Assembly (NCBI GenBank): GCA_002378195.1
Contig: DFRJ01000002.1
Location: forward strand, 329,677-393,676
Direction of reading: 5' to 3'
Length of the DNA stretch: 64,000 bases
From: Patescibacteria group bacterium UBA3466
GTDB taxonomy: Bacteria > Patescibacteriota > Minisyncoccia > Phycocordibacterales > UBA918
Shown here one piece after another: positions 1-8,898 of the stretch (positions are counted from its first letter, which is position 1; each line of letters begins with the position of its first letter). Under the pieces are notes generated by a model that saw only the letters and a program-made list of their open reading frames with translations, was not told the origin of the DNA and searched no databases. Made by a program: the position numbers and the translations under genes.

Positions 1-339
1 GGCTTCAGCCTCTTTCTTTCGCTCTTCGTTCCTGATTCTATACTGCTCTGAAGTATCAATTGTGGCAGAGTTGATGTCGTTAAATTCTTGCAACAACGAG
101 TAATCCTCAAGATTTTGGAAAGTGATTGTTTCAAGATTCTCCCACCCTAGACCCTCTACACTTGCCGGGAAAATTTTAACTGTTCTTACCTCGTAAAGGT
201 CAGCAAAGAATTGTGCGTAAGCTGTAATAGCTCCTAGTGATAGCGCTACACCACAAATAGCCCACAGGAGTGGTTTTTTCGCTTTAAATAGGGTTATTTT
301 ATTGTTACCTCCTAAGTTGTGAGAATTAAATTTTTTCAC
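1..339 (-). CDS. 5' part of a secreted/membrane-anchored hypothetical protein, truncated by the window edge
   Basis: Manual translation gives an open frame from GTG at 339 to position 1: MKKFNSHNLGGNNKITLFKAKKPLLWAICGVALSLGAITAYAQFFADLYEV..., with a hydrophobic signal-like segment. Not in the ORF track. Confidence 0.7.
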   Translation of the reverse strand, partial: MKKFNSHNLGGNNKITLFKAKKPLLWAICGVALSLGAITAYAQFFADLYEVRTVKIFPASVEGLGWENLETITFQNLEDYSLLQEFNDINSATIDTSEQYRIRNEERKKEAEA

Positions 340-381
340 TAACCTACGCACCTGTCCAGGTAGAACAGGGCTTAGAATAAT

Positions 382-416
382 TATAACGCGCATGATCTTT
401 GATCATGCGCGTTATA
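382..416. terminator. Perfect 16-bp inverted repeat (TATAACGCGCATGATC-TTT-GATCATGCGCGTTATA), likely terminator
   Basis: Seen directly, about 30 nt downstream of the 446..1984 stop; no strong U-tract. Confidence 0.55.
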
Positions 417-445
417 GACATTTTCTGTGGATTTTTCAGTATTAT

Positions 446-1984
446 TTACCGCAAAATCGTTTTTACATCATTGATTTCTTTCTCAATCAAGGTCTCGGAT
501 ACTTCCAATGCTTGAGTGAGCCCTTCTACAGCTTCTTTTTCTTTCGCTGACAACCGTTTCCTCTTAGTTATTTCGTTGATCTGGTCGTAGATTTCATCCC
601 TGAGGGCTGAGAAGATTTTCTCCATCTGATCCTGAATTTCTCTTGTTTCTCGACGCAACTTCTCTTCTTTCTCCTTCAAATTTCGGTGCTCATACCAGAA
701 GTATATTATCTGGAGAATAATTATAACAATTAAGAAGAAAATAAATAAGTTGGTGGCTGTGAAGAAGTCCCAGAACGAGCCTTCATCCAAATCTTCTACT
801 GGTTTTACCCATCCTGCCTCGATCAGAACTGGCGCGCTACTTTCTCGCTCATTCCCAGCCATGTCCGTCGCCACAACCTTTACTGTATAGGTACCGTCTA
901 TTAGTTCTCGCAGCAGATATCCTAGGCGAGCTTCATCTGGCGTAATACGGATTGGCTCATTGTCCGCGATGGTCATCTCATAGTAGTCAATTCCTGAAGT
1001 TTTATCATCTGCCTCAAATCGAACTAGCGGGAATGAATCCGGAGTGTTACCAGGCACAATCGTTACCACGAATGGTTCTGGCGGGGTTGTGTCTATCTTG
1101 AGCTTTCTGTTTGTTACTGCACCCCAGCCTACTTGGTTTTGGAAGTTGATACTTACGTATTGCTCACCATCTGAGACCAACTCTGGTGTAATAGCAAATT
1201 CTTCTACCGGTGGATCAATGATTGCCTCTTCATTATCTTGAGGCACATTCTCTGGATCATCACTAATTTCAATTGCTACGACATTTACATCAAACGGTAG
1301 TGTCCAAGTGAAGAGTCCGGTTGTTTCGTTGTACCACGTATCTGGATCAAGGAAGGTTTGTGATCCGATTTCCGGTGGACGTGGTGGATCTCCAAAGATA
1401 ATAGCTTCACCATCTTCCGAACTAACGTCTCCTTCATCAGATGTTGGCTCTGGTGTCGGAGTAGGCTCCGGAGTTGGAGTTGCAGCGGCAGTCACACTGT
1501 ATGAAGCGTTTGTTGCACTTCCGTACACATCTGTACCTCGTCCGTCTGCCGCCAAAACAGACGCTTCAGAAACTGTTACATTTCCAGTACCCTCACCGAC
1601 CACTCTAAATGTGACGGTCAATAAGTTTGAAGTAGAAGTAAACGGAGTAGGGCTTCCGCCGCCAAACTCAATCGTCCCAGCTGAATTTGAAAAAGTAGGT
1701 TCAGTTGTCCATAGTGAAAAAACTGAACCATCCTTACTAAGACTAACTACAGATAGTACGTCGGAATTAAAGTTCAAGGTAGATTCAACAGCATTAATAT
1801 TATCCCCATTAGGAACGGCTCTGATGGTGGCTGTAAACGTCTGTCCAGATGAATATGAACCGGTGCTTGGCGAAATAGCCAGGTCTGCAGCCAAAGCAAT
1901 GGTTAGAGAAGCGTAAAACGCAAATAGGCCGATTGCTAATGCGGCGAGGAAATGAACGGTTTTTTTAATAAGGTACTGCATCAT
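446..1984 (-). CDS. Cohesin-domain surface protein with Ig-like domains, TM anchor and cytoplasmic coiled coil
   Basis: Signal peptide; cohesin-like segment (SPSTGSYSSGQTFTATI..INAVESTLNFNSDVL..SLW..EPTFSNSAGTIEF..LLTVTFR..VLAADGRG); PT linker; Ig-like IDTTPP / DKTSGIDYY / VVATDMAGN; TM helix; charged C-terminal helix. Confidence 0.8.
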   Translation of the reverse strand: MMQYLIKKTVHFLAALAIGLFAFYASLTIALAADLAISPSTGSYSSGQTFTATIRAVPNGDNINAVESTLNFNSDVLSVVSLSKDGSVFSLWTTEPTFSNSAGTIEFGGGSPTPFTSTSNLLTVTFRVVGEGTGNVTVSEASVLAADGRGTDVYGSATNASYSVTAAATPTPEPTPTPEPTSDEGDVSSEDGEAIIFGDPPRPPEIGSQTFLDPDTWYNETTGLFTWTLPFDVNVVAIEISDDPENVPQDNEEAIIDPPVEEFAITPELVSDGEQYVSINFQNQVGWGAVTNRKLKIDTTPPEPFVVTIVPGNTPDSFPLVRFEADDKTSGIDYYEMTIADNEPIRITPDEARLGYLLRELIDGTYTVKVVATDMAGNERESSAPVLIEAGWVKPVEDLDEGSFWDFFTATNLFIFFLIVIIILQIIYFWYEHRNLKEKEEKLRRETREIQDQMEKIFSALRDEIYDQINEITKRKRLSAKEKEAVEGLTQALEVSETLIEKEINDVKTILR

Positions 1985-2005
1985 AATGAACTAAGAACTG
2001 TTAAT

Positions 2006-2488
2006 CTATTTTGGTTTTGGTCTACCCCGACCAATACTCCTACTTCCGGTAACACGCAATTTTACTTTTTCTTTCTCACTAGGTTTCAGCAGCGGCAAAA
2101 CTAATATTAGAACACCGTTCTTTATTTTTGCTTCAGCTTTATCAATATTTACACTTTCCGGGAGGATAATTCTGCGATAAAAATCTCCCCATACACACTC
2201 CTCAGCCACAAAGGATCCTTTAACTTTCTTCTTCGGAAAAACAATATATTCTGGGCGAATCCTCTTTCCCTCTATTAAAACAATATCAGCATCACCTTCA
2301 ATCGAGACATGCACATCGTTCATGTCGGCGCCAGCAGACTGTGCATACACAACAATCATGCGTTCGGTCTGGAAAACGTCTACGTGGAGTTGGGCAATTT
2401 TGTCCGCAGCAGTTTCTTCATCTGCTGACAGAAGTGTCTTTTCACCACTTCTTACTCCCTTACCTTTTAGTCTTTGCAGAAAGGACAT
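2006..2488 (-). CDS. Hsp20/alpha-crystallin small heat shock protein
   Basis: VDVFQT..., ECVWGDFYRRIILPESVNIDKAEAKIKNGVLILVLP alpha-crystallin signature. Confidence 0.9.
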   Translation of the reverse strand: MSFLQRLKGKGVRSGEKTLLSADEETAADKIAQLHVDVFQTERMIVVYAQSAGADMNDVHVSIEGDADIVLIEGKRIRPEYIVFPKKKVKGSFVAEECVWGDFYRRIILPESVNIDKAEAKIKNGVLILVLPLLKPSEKEKVKLRVTGSRSIGRGRPKPK

Positions 2489-2575
2489 ACCCTAACATTA
2501 TACTGGTGAACCAGGATTATTTTTTAGTTTTACCCACATATTTTATATTTAAGTAACATCTACCAAGGCTAGACT

Positions 2576-4480
2576 CTATCCAGTCCAGTTAAAGAGTAAG
2601 ATTGAGAAGTCAGTCAGGTTTACCGACCCATCCAGGTTGATGTCAGCTGGCGGATCCGAATCTCCCCCGTTACTGTTCCACCAGAACAACAAGATCGAGA
2701 AGTCAATCAAGTTAACGCTGCCGTCCCTATTTAAATCAGCGTTAATTGGCAATTCAGCATCCTGTCCTACTCCATAAAAAGTATAGTTTGAGAATTGTGT
2801 TTCCGCTCCACCATCTTGCTCTGACCTAGCCCGAACCTGGTACGTGTCACGACTAAATCCTTGAGTGCTGAGCTCTATACTCCATAGACCTGCACCGTTT
2901 GAGGTTGTCACCAGACTATCGGTAGCGGGCAAATTAATACGACTATTCTCTACTGTCACTGTAGCATTTGGTAGTGCGGAACCAGAAAACGTTACTGTTT
3001 GTCCAGGATCAACCGGATCCGGCGTGACTAATATAGTTGGTGCGATATTAATATTACTCAAAGCAGATGTACGTGCACCAGTCACCGTGAATGATGTGCT
3101 AAAGGTGGAAGATCGAGTGTCGTCACCATCTTCTGCATAGACACCGAAGGTATAAGCCCCTCTAGCAATTTCATCGATAGTAATATCATACTCACCTCGA
3201 CTGTTTGTCCGGGTACTATCTACAAAATTACCATCTACTAATATGGAAACTGTACTGTTGGGGTAAGCATAACCAGACACAACAACCCGACCGTCTCCAC
3301 TTCGATAAGGCGCATCTTCACTTTCAAAACCACCCCCAGCAGACGAGCCTGAGTTACCCCCAGAACCACCTCCGCCTCCTCCGCCGCCTCCTCCGGTACC
3401 ACTAGAACCACCTTCTAGTGGGGCCTCTCCATCGGCTTCACCTTCAGTTCCTCCACCACCATCACCAGTTCCAGTCCCTGAGTCTCCTGATCCAGTACCA
3501 TCACCTTCAGTTGAACCTTCGTCATTGGCTGTACCAGTTGGCTGCTCGTTCACAACAAAGCTAATGATGTAGTCGTCGATATTAAAGTTTCCTTCGTCGT
3601 CGATACATCTAACATAGAAAGTTGCCAACGTTCCCGGCGTCACAGCCACTACCGTTGAATGATAAATCAATCCGGTATTAGAGAATAATTCAGTCATCGA
3701 GCCGAAAGCCGTACCGGCGGTTGTGGAATAGCGACAAAAAGCAAATTCGTCAGTCTCCAGTGAGATTTCCACACTCAAGGTCGTACCTCCCACTGTACTA
3801 GTCGGCGACCCGTTAAAACGATACGGCGGTATCTCTTCGGTAGTATCAATGTTCGGCATCGATACGCGCCTATTTAAAAAGATTACAAAATCTGCGTTAG
3901 CCACCAAGCCACCGTCATATATCTCCATCTGCACATCATGCCGACCAAGTACCGAACTATTAACTATCGGCTCCACATCAGCAGCGGTAGTGGTGGTACC
4001 GGTACTAGTACTGAATCCTGTAGAAGCGGCATTGGCAGTACCGGTATGACTACCGATCCTTAACTCGAGATTAGAGCTAGAAGAAATTCCTGAGTCAGGT
4101 GCCAGAGTATAGCGAATAAAACCTGGGCTCCCAGTTGTAATATCTACCCCGTCCACCCCAGGCGAAGGTGTGGTCGTAGACACTCTCGGTACACCATCTA
4201 CAAACAGCTGTACATTTCGCACATCAAAAGTAGAAGTGGCCAGGATCTCAAAACCGTCTGGAGGAGTGACTTCTATTTGGCTACTCGGTGAAATATCAGT
4301 ATTAAGTACGAATGATAGCGTATGATTGGCCGGAGCGTTTGGTGCCGAATCAGAAATAACATCACTATACTCTAAGATATTTACTGCCGCAGCCTCATTT
4401 GGGAATAGCACAAACACCCAACTCAGCAAAAGAGCCGCGGCTATAGCCAAAAACTTGTATCGGTTGGATACTAAATTCAT
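2576..4480 (-). CDS. Secreted Ig-like multidomain protein with Gly-rich linker and C-terminal dockerin
   Basis: Duplicated dockerin repeats ADLNRDGSVNLIDFSILL / ADINLDGSVNLTDFSILL; poly-Gly linker; Ig-like VSGYAYPNSTV and FSGSALPNATV. Start set at ATG 4480, after a TACAAT -10 box. Confidence 0.85.
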   Translation of the reverse strand: MNLVSNRYKFLAIAAALLLSWVFVLFPNEAAAVNILEYSDVISDSAPNAPANHTLSFVLNTDISPSSQIEVTPPDGFEILATSTFDVRNVQLFVDGVPRVSTTTPSPGVDGVDITTGSPGFIRYTLAPDSGISSSSNLELRIGSHTGTANAASTGFSTSTGTTTTAADVEPIVNSSVLGRHDVQMEIYDGGLVANADFVIFLNRRVSMPNIDTTEEIPPYRFNGSPTSTVGGTTLSVEISLETDEFAFCRYSTTAGTAFGSMTELFSNTGLIYHSTVVAVTPGTLATFYVRCIDDEGNFNIDDYIISFVVNEQPTGTANDEGSTEGDGTGSGDSGTGTGDGGGGTEGEADGEAPLEGGSSGTGGGGGGGGGGSGGNSGSSAGGGFESEDAPYRSGDGRVVVSGYAYPNSTVSILVDGNFVDSTRTNSRGEYDITIDEIARGAYTFGVYAEDGDDTRSSTFSTSFTVTGARTSALSNINIAPTILVTPDPVDPGQTVTFSGSALPNATVTVENSRINLPATDSLVTTSNGAGLWSIELSTQGFSRDTYQVRARSEQDGGAETQFSNYTFYGVGQDAELPINADLNRDGSVNLIDFSILLFWWNSNGGDSDPPADINLDGSVNLTDFSILLFNWTG

Positions 4481-4523
4481 ATTTAATATATTGTACCTTG
4501 TAGACTGCGGTTTTTTTGTCGCA

Positions 4524-4931
4524 TTACACAGTTGTAGCAACCGGCTCCTTCTGTCGCAGATAGTCGAGTGCGTAGTTTAGGAGTATCAAGACCAACAGCA
4601 GAAACAAAATGCTGGCCAAAACATAAGTCGAGGTGTCAGATCCTTGCGCAGTGCCGCCAGTAGACAGCTCAACGGCAATCTCTCGCTCTCGCAAAGCTGA
4701 CTCCCGCTCTTCAAGTTCACGCTGCTTTTGCGTTAAAGCAGCTGTGTACTTATTAAGTTCAGTCGGTTCAACTGAAGCTGAGGCACCGACTGCGTTGGCC
4801 AGATAGAGCTGTGTGTCGTCAGCCAATTTTGCCGTCGAATCATCAATCAGTCCGCTTACGAACACCAAGACACAAGTACAGACAACGGCCGACACCCGTA
4901 ACAAACTATGATAGACACTATTTTCAATCAT
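4524..4931 (-). CDS. Small two-TM membrane protein with central coiled coil
   Basis: N- and C-terminal hydrophobic helices flank LTQKQRELEERESALRERE. Confidence 0.75.
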   Translation of the reverse strand: MIENSVYHSLLRVSAVVCTCVLVFVSGLIDDSTAKLADDTQLYLANAVGASASVEPTELNKYTAALTQKQRELEERESALREREIAVELSTGGTAQGSDTSTYVLASILFLLLVLILLNYALDYLRQKEPVATTV

Positions 4932-4948
4932 GCCTCTATTCTAGCAAG

Positions 4949-6028
4949 CTAAGCAAAAAGGGCTAGTAATACGATGAGGAAGAGCGCTGTCACTGTCAGA
5001 GACACAATAACCACCAACAACAAGGCTGAGGAGTTTCCGTTCCGTCTTCGGCGTACCAAGCGTCTACCTTGACTCAAGTGTGCGAGCGATCGACGGATGT
5101 ATAGTTTTACAATAATAAATGTGATCAGCAATAAGACCCCCAACGCTAGAGCCGCCGGCCCAATCACACTCATTGGCAAAATCCAGAAAGAGACTGTGGT
5201 AGACATGGTCTTTTTTGCCCCTAAGTCTCCATACACCGGACTTACAATCGCTTCATAGCGTCCGAAACCTAGTGAATCACCAGTCCAATTTACATTAAGA
5301 AAGTCTCTTGAATCATTTGGAAAGACGGCGGACTGATCCGGATTAAAAGTAATGCTACCGACTTTGTTTCCTAGCATATTGAAAACTTCTAGCGGACCAG
5401 TTGGTCGCACCAGTACGTTTCCCGTGTTTTCAATACGCACCAAGAAATCGACATTTTGTGAACCATACAAAAACTTTGAAGTCGAGAATTGGCGAATACT
5501 AGCTTGCTCAACAGCTTCCCCTGACACCCTGATACTGATGATGTTTGCTACCTGATATCCAACTGCAGCCCCACTCTTTTCAATCTCAGGCGGTTCAACC
5601 GACAAAAACACGCCACCAAAATGACTCCCAGGAGAGGCATTCTCAGGCACCTCCATCGTAAACTCAATATGAACAATACCTTCGCCCGGTATGGTTATTT
5701 GATCGTAAGGCAATGTTATCCAATCGGCCAACTCGTAGCCAGTTACCTCTAAATTGCTCTGGGCGAATATCGGCGATCCACCCTCTCTAACTCCAGAAAT
5801 ATTCCTAGTAAATAGGTAAAAAGTCTGCTCGTTACTGTTTAGATTCTCAACTTTTAGCGAGTAACTATTAACTGCTCCAGGATCAAGCGTTTCTTCAATG
5901 GTGGCCGGGTTAATACTAACGCCAGTACCTTGGGCATGTAGCGAAGCAGGCACCGCATACGCAAGACATAATAAGAATAGTCCGAAAAATAAGTGTTTCA
6001 AGCGGCTAAGACGACAGTTGTAGTGCAT
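4949..6028 (-). CDS. DUF916/DUF3324 (WxL-interacting)-like, PapD-like two-Ig-domain protein with C-terminal TM anchors
   Basis: GVSINPATIEETLDPG..LKVEN; WITL; FTMEVPENASPGSHFGGV; RIENTGNVLVRPTG; GFGRYEA; two C-terminal TM helices with an Arg-rich loop. Confidence 0.7.
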   Translation of the reverse strand: MHYNCRLSRLKHLFFGLFLLCLAYAVPASLHAQGTGVSINPATIEETLDPGAVNSYSLKVENLNSNEQTFYLFTRNISGVREGGSPIFAQSNLEVTGYELADWITLPYDQITIPGEGIVHIEFTMEVPENASPGSHFGGVFLSVEPPEIEKSGAAVGYQVANIISIRVSGEAVEQASIRQFSTSKFLYGSQNVDFLVRIENTGNVLVRPTGPLEVFNMLGNKVGSITFNPDQSAVFPNDSRDFLNVNWTGDSLGFGRYEAIVSPVYGDLGAKKTMSTTVSFWILPMSVIGPAALALGVLLLITFIIVKLYIRRSLAHLSQGRRLVRRRRNGNSSALLLVVIVSLTVTALFLIVLLALFA

Positions 6029-6100
6029 ATAAAGTTTATAAATTCATTAATGATGATTCATTCTACCACCTAAATACACACACCAAATACTGATGTACAC

Positions 6101-6128
6101 ACAAAAAGCCCCTTGCGGGGCTTTTTGT
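6101..6128 (-). terminator. Rho-independent terminator
   Basis: ACAAAAAGCCCC-TTGC-GGGGCTTTTTGT (GCAA tetraloop and U-tract on the minus strand), just after the 6150 stop. Confidence 0.85.
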
Positions 6129-6149
6129 ACCTAAATTAATTCGTAGAAA

Positions 6150-7292
6150 CTAGAATGTAGGTGTTGCAATGTAAGTTAGGTTTGTACTGTAGTCATCAGC
6201 CGCTTCTTGCAGAGCTGTGATTTCAACTTGGTAAAGTACGTCAACCTGACCAATGTTTGCTGTTGAGTTATCAGCTGGGTTATTGTGGTGCATAACTTCA
6301 CGTGGTGTAGTTGATGCTGCGATAAACTCATTAGCTGCAAACTCACTTCCGTAGAATCCTCCAACTGAGTTCAAGTCTGCATCGTTAGTGGTTACACCCC
6401 AGTGTCCCCAGGTAGTTGGGTCATTAACATCTGGTGATGGTGAGGCCCATACTGTATCTGACTCTGACTGATCACCGCCTTCGACGAAGGTGTCGATAAT
6501 AGCTCCAGTTGCAGATTCAAGGTCTCCATCTGTCTGTACTGTAACTACGAATCCGTTTCTTGCATTAGTTTGAACGTTCAACCGTTGCGCTAACGCTTCT
6601 GGTTCTCCAGCTACAAGTGTACCGAAATCTAGCAGCACATCTGAAGATGATCCTGTAGTAGAAGTACCATTAACTGCTGTTGATGTGGCAAGACCTGTAA
6701 TAGTGAAGTCGAACACTGTATCAACGATAGCTCGTACTTCAACGCTATCAACGATAGCTACTCGAGTACGACCTGAGTCACCACTAGCAGAGTCAACGAA
6801 GATTTCATATGATCCGAGTGTTGATGGGTTAGTAATAACTCCAGACGCGACTACGATCTCTACTGTATCACCCGCTGATGCTGCGATTCCGTTGATTGTG
6901 AATGAATCATTGTCTGACGCTACAAATGTTGGAGCTGAGAAACCACCTCCGTTTACTTGAAATGTCAGATCAGAGTTATCGCTGATCACTGAGCTAATGT
7001 CCCCGCCTGCGAAGTCTTGGCCGCCGGCACCGTCATCTTGAGCATCGAAAGTAATTTGGATGTTGTTACCTCCAATAATAGCTGATCCGCCAACTGCAGG
7101 AATCGTAAACTCAATTGAATGAGACGGTTGTGCACTCGGAGCTGAATCAGAAATTGTGTTACTAATGTTTGTAAGGTTAGCTGCTTGTGCATTGTTATAG
7201 ATACCGATTGACATCAATACCATTGCACTTGCAACAAGCGTCGCGACCACTCGTTGCGCAAAGCCAACATTGTTAGTTGCTTTTGCGAACAT
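6150..7292 (-). CDS. Secreted acidic beta-rich surface protein, WxL/pilin-like C-terminal domain; probably abundant
   Basis: Signal peptide ending AQA; LDFGTL, VQTNARNGFVVTV and terminal strand ADDYSTNLTYIATPTF resemble WxL/pilin-type C-termini; own terminator and long leader. Confidence 0.65.
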   Translation of the reverse strand: MFAKATNNVGFAQRVVATLVASAMVLMSIGIYNNAQAANLTNISNTISDSAPSAQPSHSIEFTIPAVGGSAIIGGNNIQITFDAQDDGAGGQDFAGGDISSVISDNSDLTFQVNGGGFSAPTFVASDNDSFTINGIAASAGDTVEIVVASGVITNPSTLGSYEIFVDSASGDSGRTRVAIVDSVEVRAIVDTVFDFTITGLATSTAVNGTSTTGSSSDVLLDFGTLVAGEPEALAQRLNVQTNARNGFVVTVQTDGDLESATGAIIDTFVEGGDQSESDTVWASPSPDVNDPTTWGHWGVTTNDADLNSVGGFYGSEFAANEFIAASTTPREVMHHNNPADNSTANIGQVDVLYQVEITALQEAADDYSTNLTYIATPTF

Positions 7293-7347
7293 ATTTTTAT
7301 TATTTATATTTTTGTTAAATAACTTTTACTTCGAAGAAATTCTTTGA

Positions 7348-7476
7348 AGTGTATCGGCTAAACGGGTTTGTGGAGGGACAAATTTCTACGTTTATGAGAA
7401 AAACTCAGCCTTCGTAGTTTTGTCCTATGCTTAACCGATCTTCCACTATTGTACAAAGTCTTTGAGGTTATGTCCG
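7348..7476 (-). promoter_or_regulatory. Putative promoter (CGGACA-17-TACAAT) and about 100-nt nested stem-loop 5' leader of the 6150..7292 gene
   Basis: Minus-strand pairings ATCGGTTAAGC/GTTTAGCCGAT, GGACAAA/TTTGTCC, CTACG/CGTAG and TGAG/CTCA; -10 at 7448-7453, -35 at 7471-7476. Confidence 0.5.
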
Positions 7477-7602
7477 ATTTCAGCTGTTGATAACTATTAC
7501 GGACTGACCTTATTTCCCTTAAATTAGCTTATTTTATATGGACATTTTACTTAAGATTGGGACATTTCTTTTTTTGCTTCTAAAATACAAATGTCCAATA
7601 AT

Positions 7603-8859
7603 TTATCTGGCTTTAACCCTTTTCAGATCTGACCACTGAGTCGTATAAGCTGGTGACCTGGTTTCTGATCTTGATTGCCACTCAGCTTTTTTCAGCCGAC
7701 TTCCGATCTGCACCAATTCACTATCCGCTTTCTCATTTAAAATATCGATAGAACTCATGAGGTCTCTCCTGTCTTCTTCTTTGCAATCATTAAACATAGT
7801 AGTCTGACTTCCTCCAGCCGGCACCAAATTAGATAAGCTAACTCCGACTTTTTTATAGGGCACATCTGGCTCATAGAGCCGCTCCACCAAGTTGCTGGCG
7901 ACTTTCATTAAACTAAGTGTATCGCTAGTTGGGTTGATAAATATCGTTTCATCTGAGCCTCCTCTTAGTAGAAAATCTCCATGTCGATTAGTTCCCAGAT
8001 AAACTCTAATATTCAGTGTTTCTTTAGCTATTCTTCGCAGATCTTCTGCTACATGCCGCACATGATAAGCTACTGCATCTTGCAATACCGCCAGCTCCTT
8101 TGTCTCAACTTTGAAGGATCTTGAACTTAAAATACTCTTTTGTTTTCGATCACCCTGCTCTATCAACAAAGCCGGTTCACTACGCAGTTCAGACTGTATT
8201 CTAAGTCCATTTATACCGAATAATTTAGCCACCACCGACCGATCTAGCGCTGTTAAATCAGCCACTGTTTTTAAACCATGCGATCGATAATTGAGCTCGG
8301 AACTAGCGCCCAGTCCCCATATTTCCGCCAATCTTATACCGTCCACCAATCCGTCCCACTCAGTTTCTCCAATAACCCTTACACCTACGCCTTTTTTGGC
8401 TACGGCGTTGGCGTACTTTGCCTGAGTCTTGGTGAGAGACACGCCAATCGAAACGGGTATACCAACCTCTTGCAAGATGATTGATCTCAGATTATTAGCA
8501 ATATCTTCCACCTCAGCCTCTGGCGGTAAAGTAAAGAATGCTTCGTCGACTGAATACTGCTCAACGTTTGCCAGCTCTCGCTTCACTACCTCAAAAACTC
8601 GCTTTGAGATATCTCGATACAGAGCCAAATGCGAAGAGAACGTTACAATTCCCTCTTTTTTAACAATGTCCTTTATCTTAAAATAAGGGACACCCATAGG
8701 GACACCTATGTCCTTTACTTCTTTAGAGCGAGCCACTACACAGCCGTCATTACTTGATAAAACCAGTACCGGAACATTCTTTAATTCGGGCCTAAAGAGT
8801 CTTTCGCAGGATACAAAAAAATTATTACAATCTAACAATCCGATCCACTGCTTTTTCAT
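7603..8859 (-). CDS. umuC: Y-family DNA polymerase V catalytic subunit UmuC
   Basis: LLDCNNFFVSCERLFRP, VLSSNDGCVVARS, YSVDEAF, and C-terminal RSPAYTTQWSDL (DUF4113-type tail). Confidence 0.93.
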   Translation of the reverse strand: MKKQWIGLLDCNNFFVSCERLFRPELKNVPVLVLSSNDGCVVARSKEVKDIGVPMGVPYFKIKDIVKKEGIVTFSSHLALYRDISKRVFEVVKRELANVEQYSVDEAFFTLPPEAEVEDIANNLRSIILQEVGIPVSIGVSLTKTQAKYANAVAKKGVGVRVIGETEWDGLVDGIRLAEIWGLGASSELNYRSHGLKTVADLTALDRSVVAKLFGINGLRIQSELRSEPALLIEQGDRKQKSILSSRSFKVETKELAVLQDAVAYHVRHVAEDLRRIAKETLNIRVYLGTNRHGDFLLRGGSDETIFINPTSDTLSLMKVASNLVERLYEPDVPYKKVGVSLSNLVPAGGSQTTMFNDCKEEDRRDLMSSIDILNEKADSELVQIGSRLKKAEWQSRSETRSPAYTTQWSDLKRVKAR

Positions 8860-8898
8860 CTGCTAATTATAGCCAGCAAATCAGATGGGAGCAATCGA

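Noticed and set aside
3358-3545. (CCT/CCG/CCA)n low-complexity repeats
   Set aside because: They encode the Gly-rich linker of the dockerin protein; not an independent repeat element.
7348-7447. c-di-GMP or other known riboswitch
   Set aside because: It lacks the GGCAAAC/GAAA/GACGCAAAG core and other consensus features I can recognise; kept only as an unknown structured leader.
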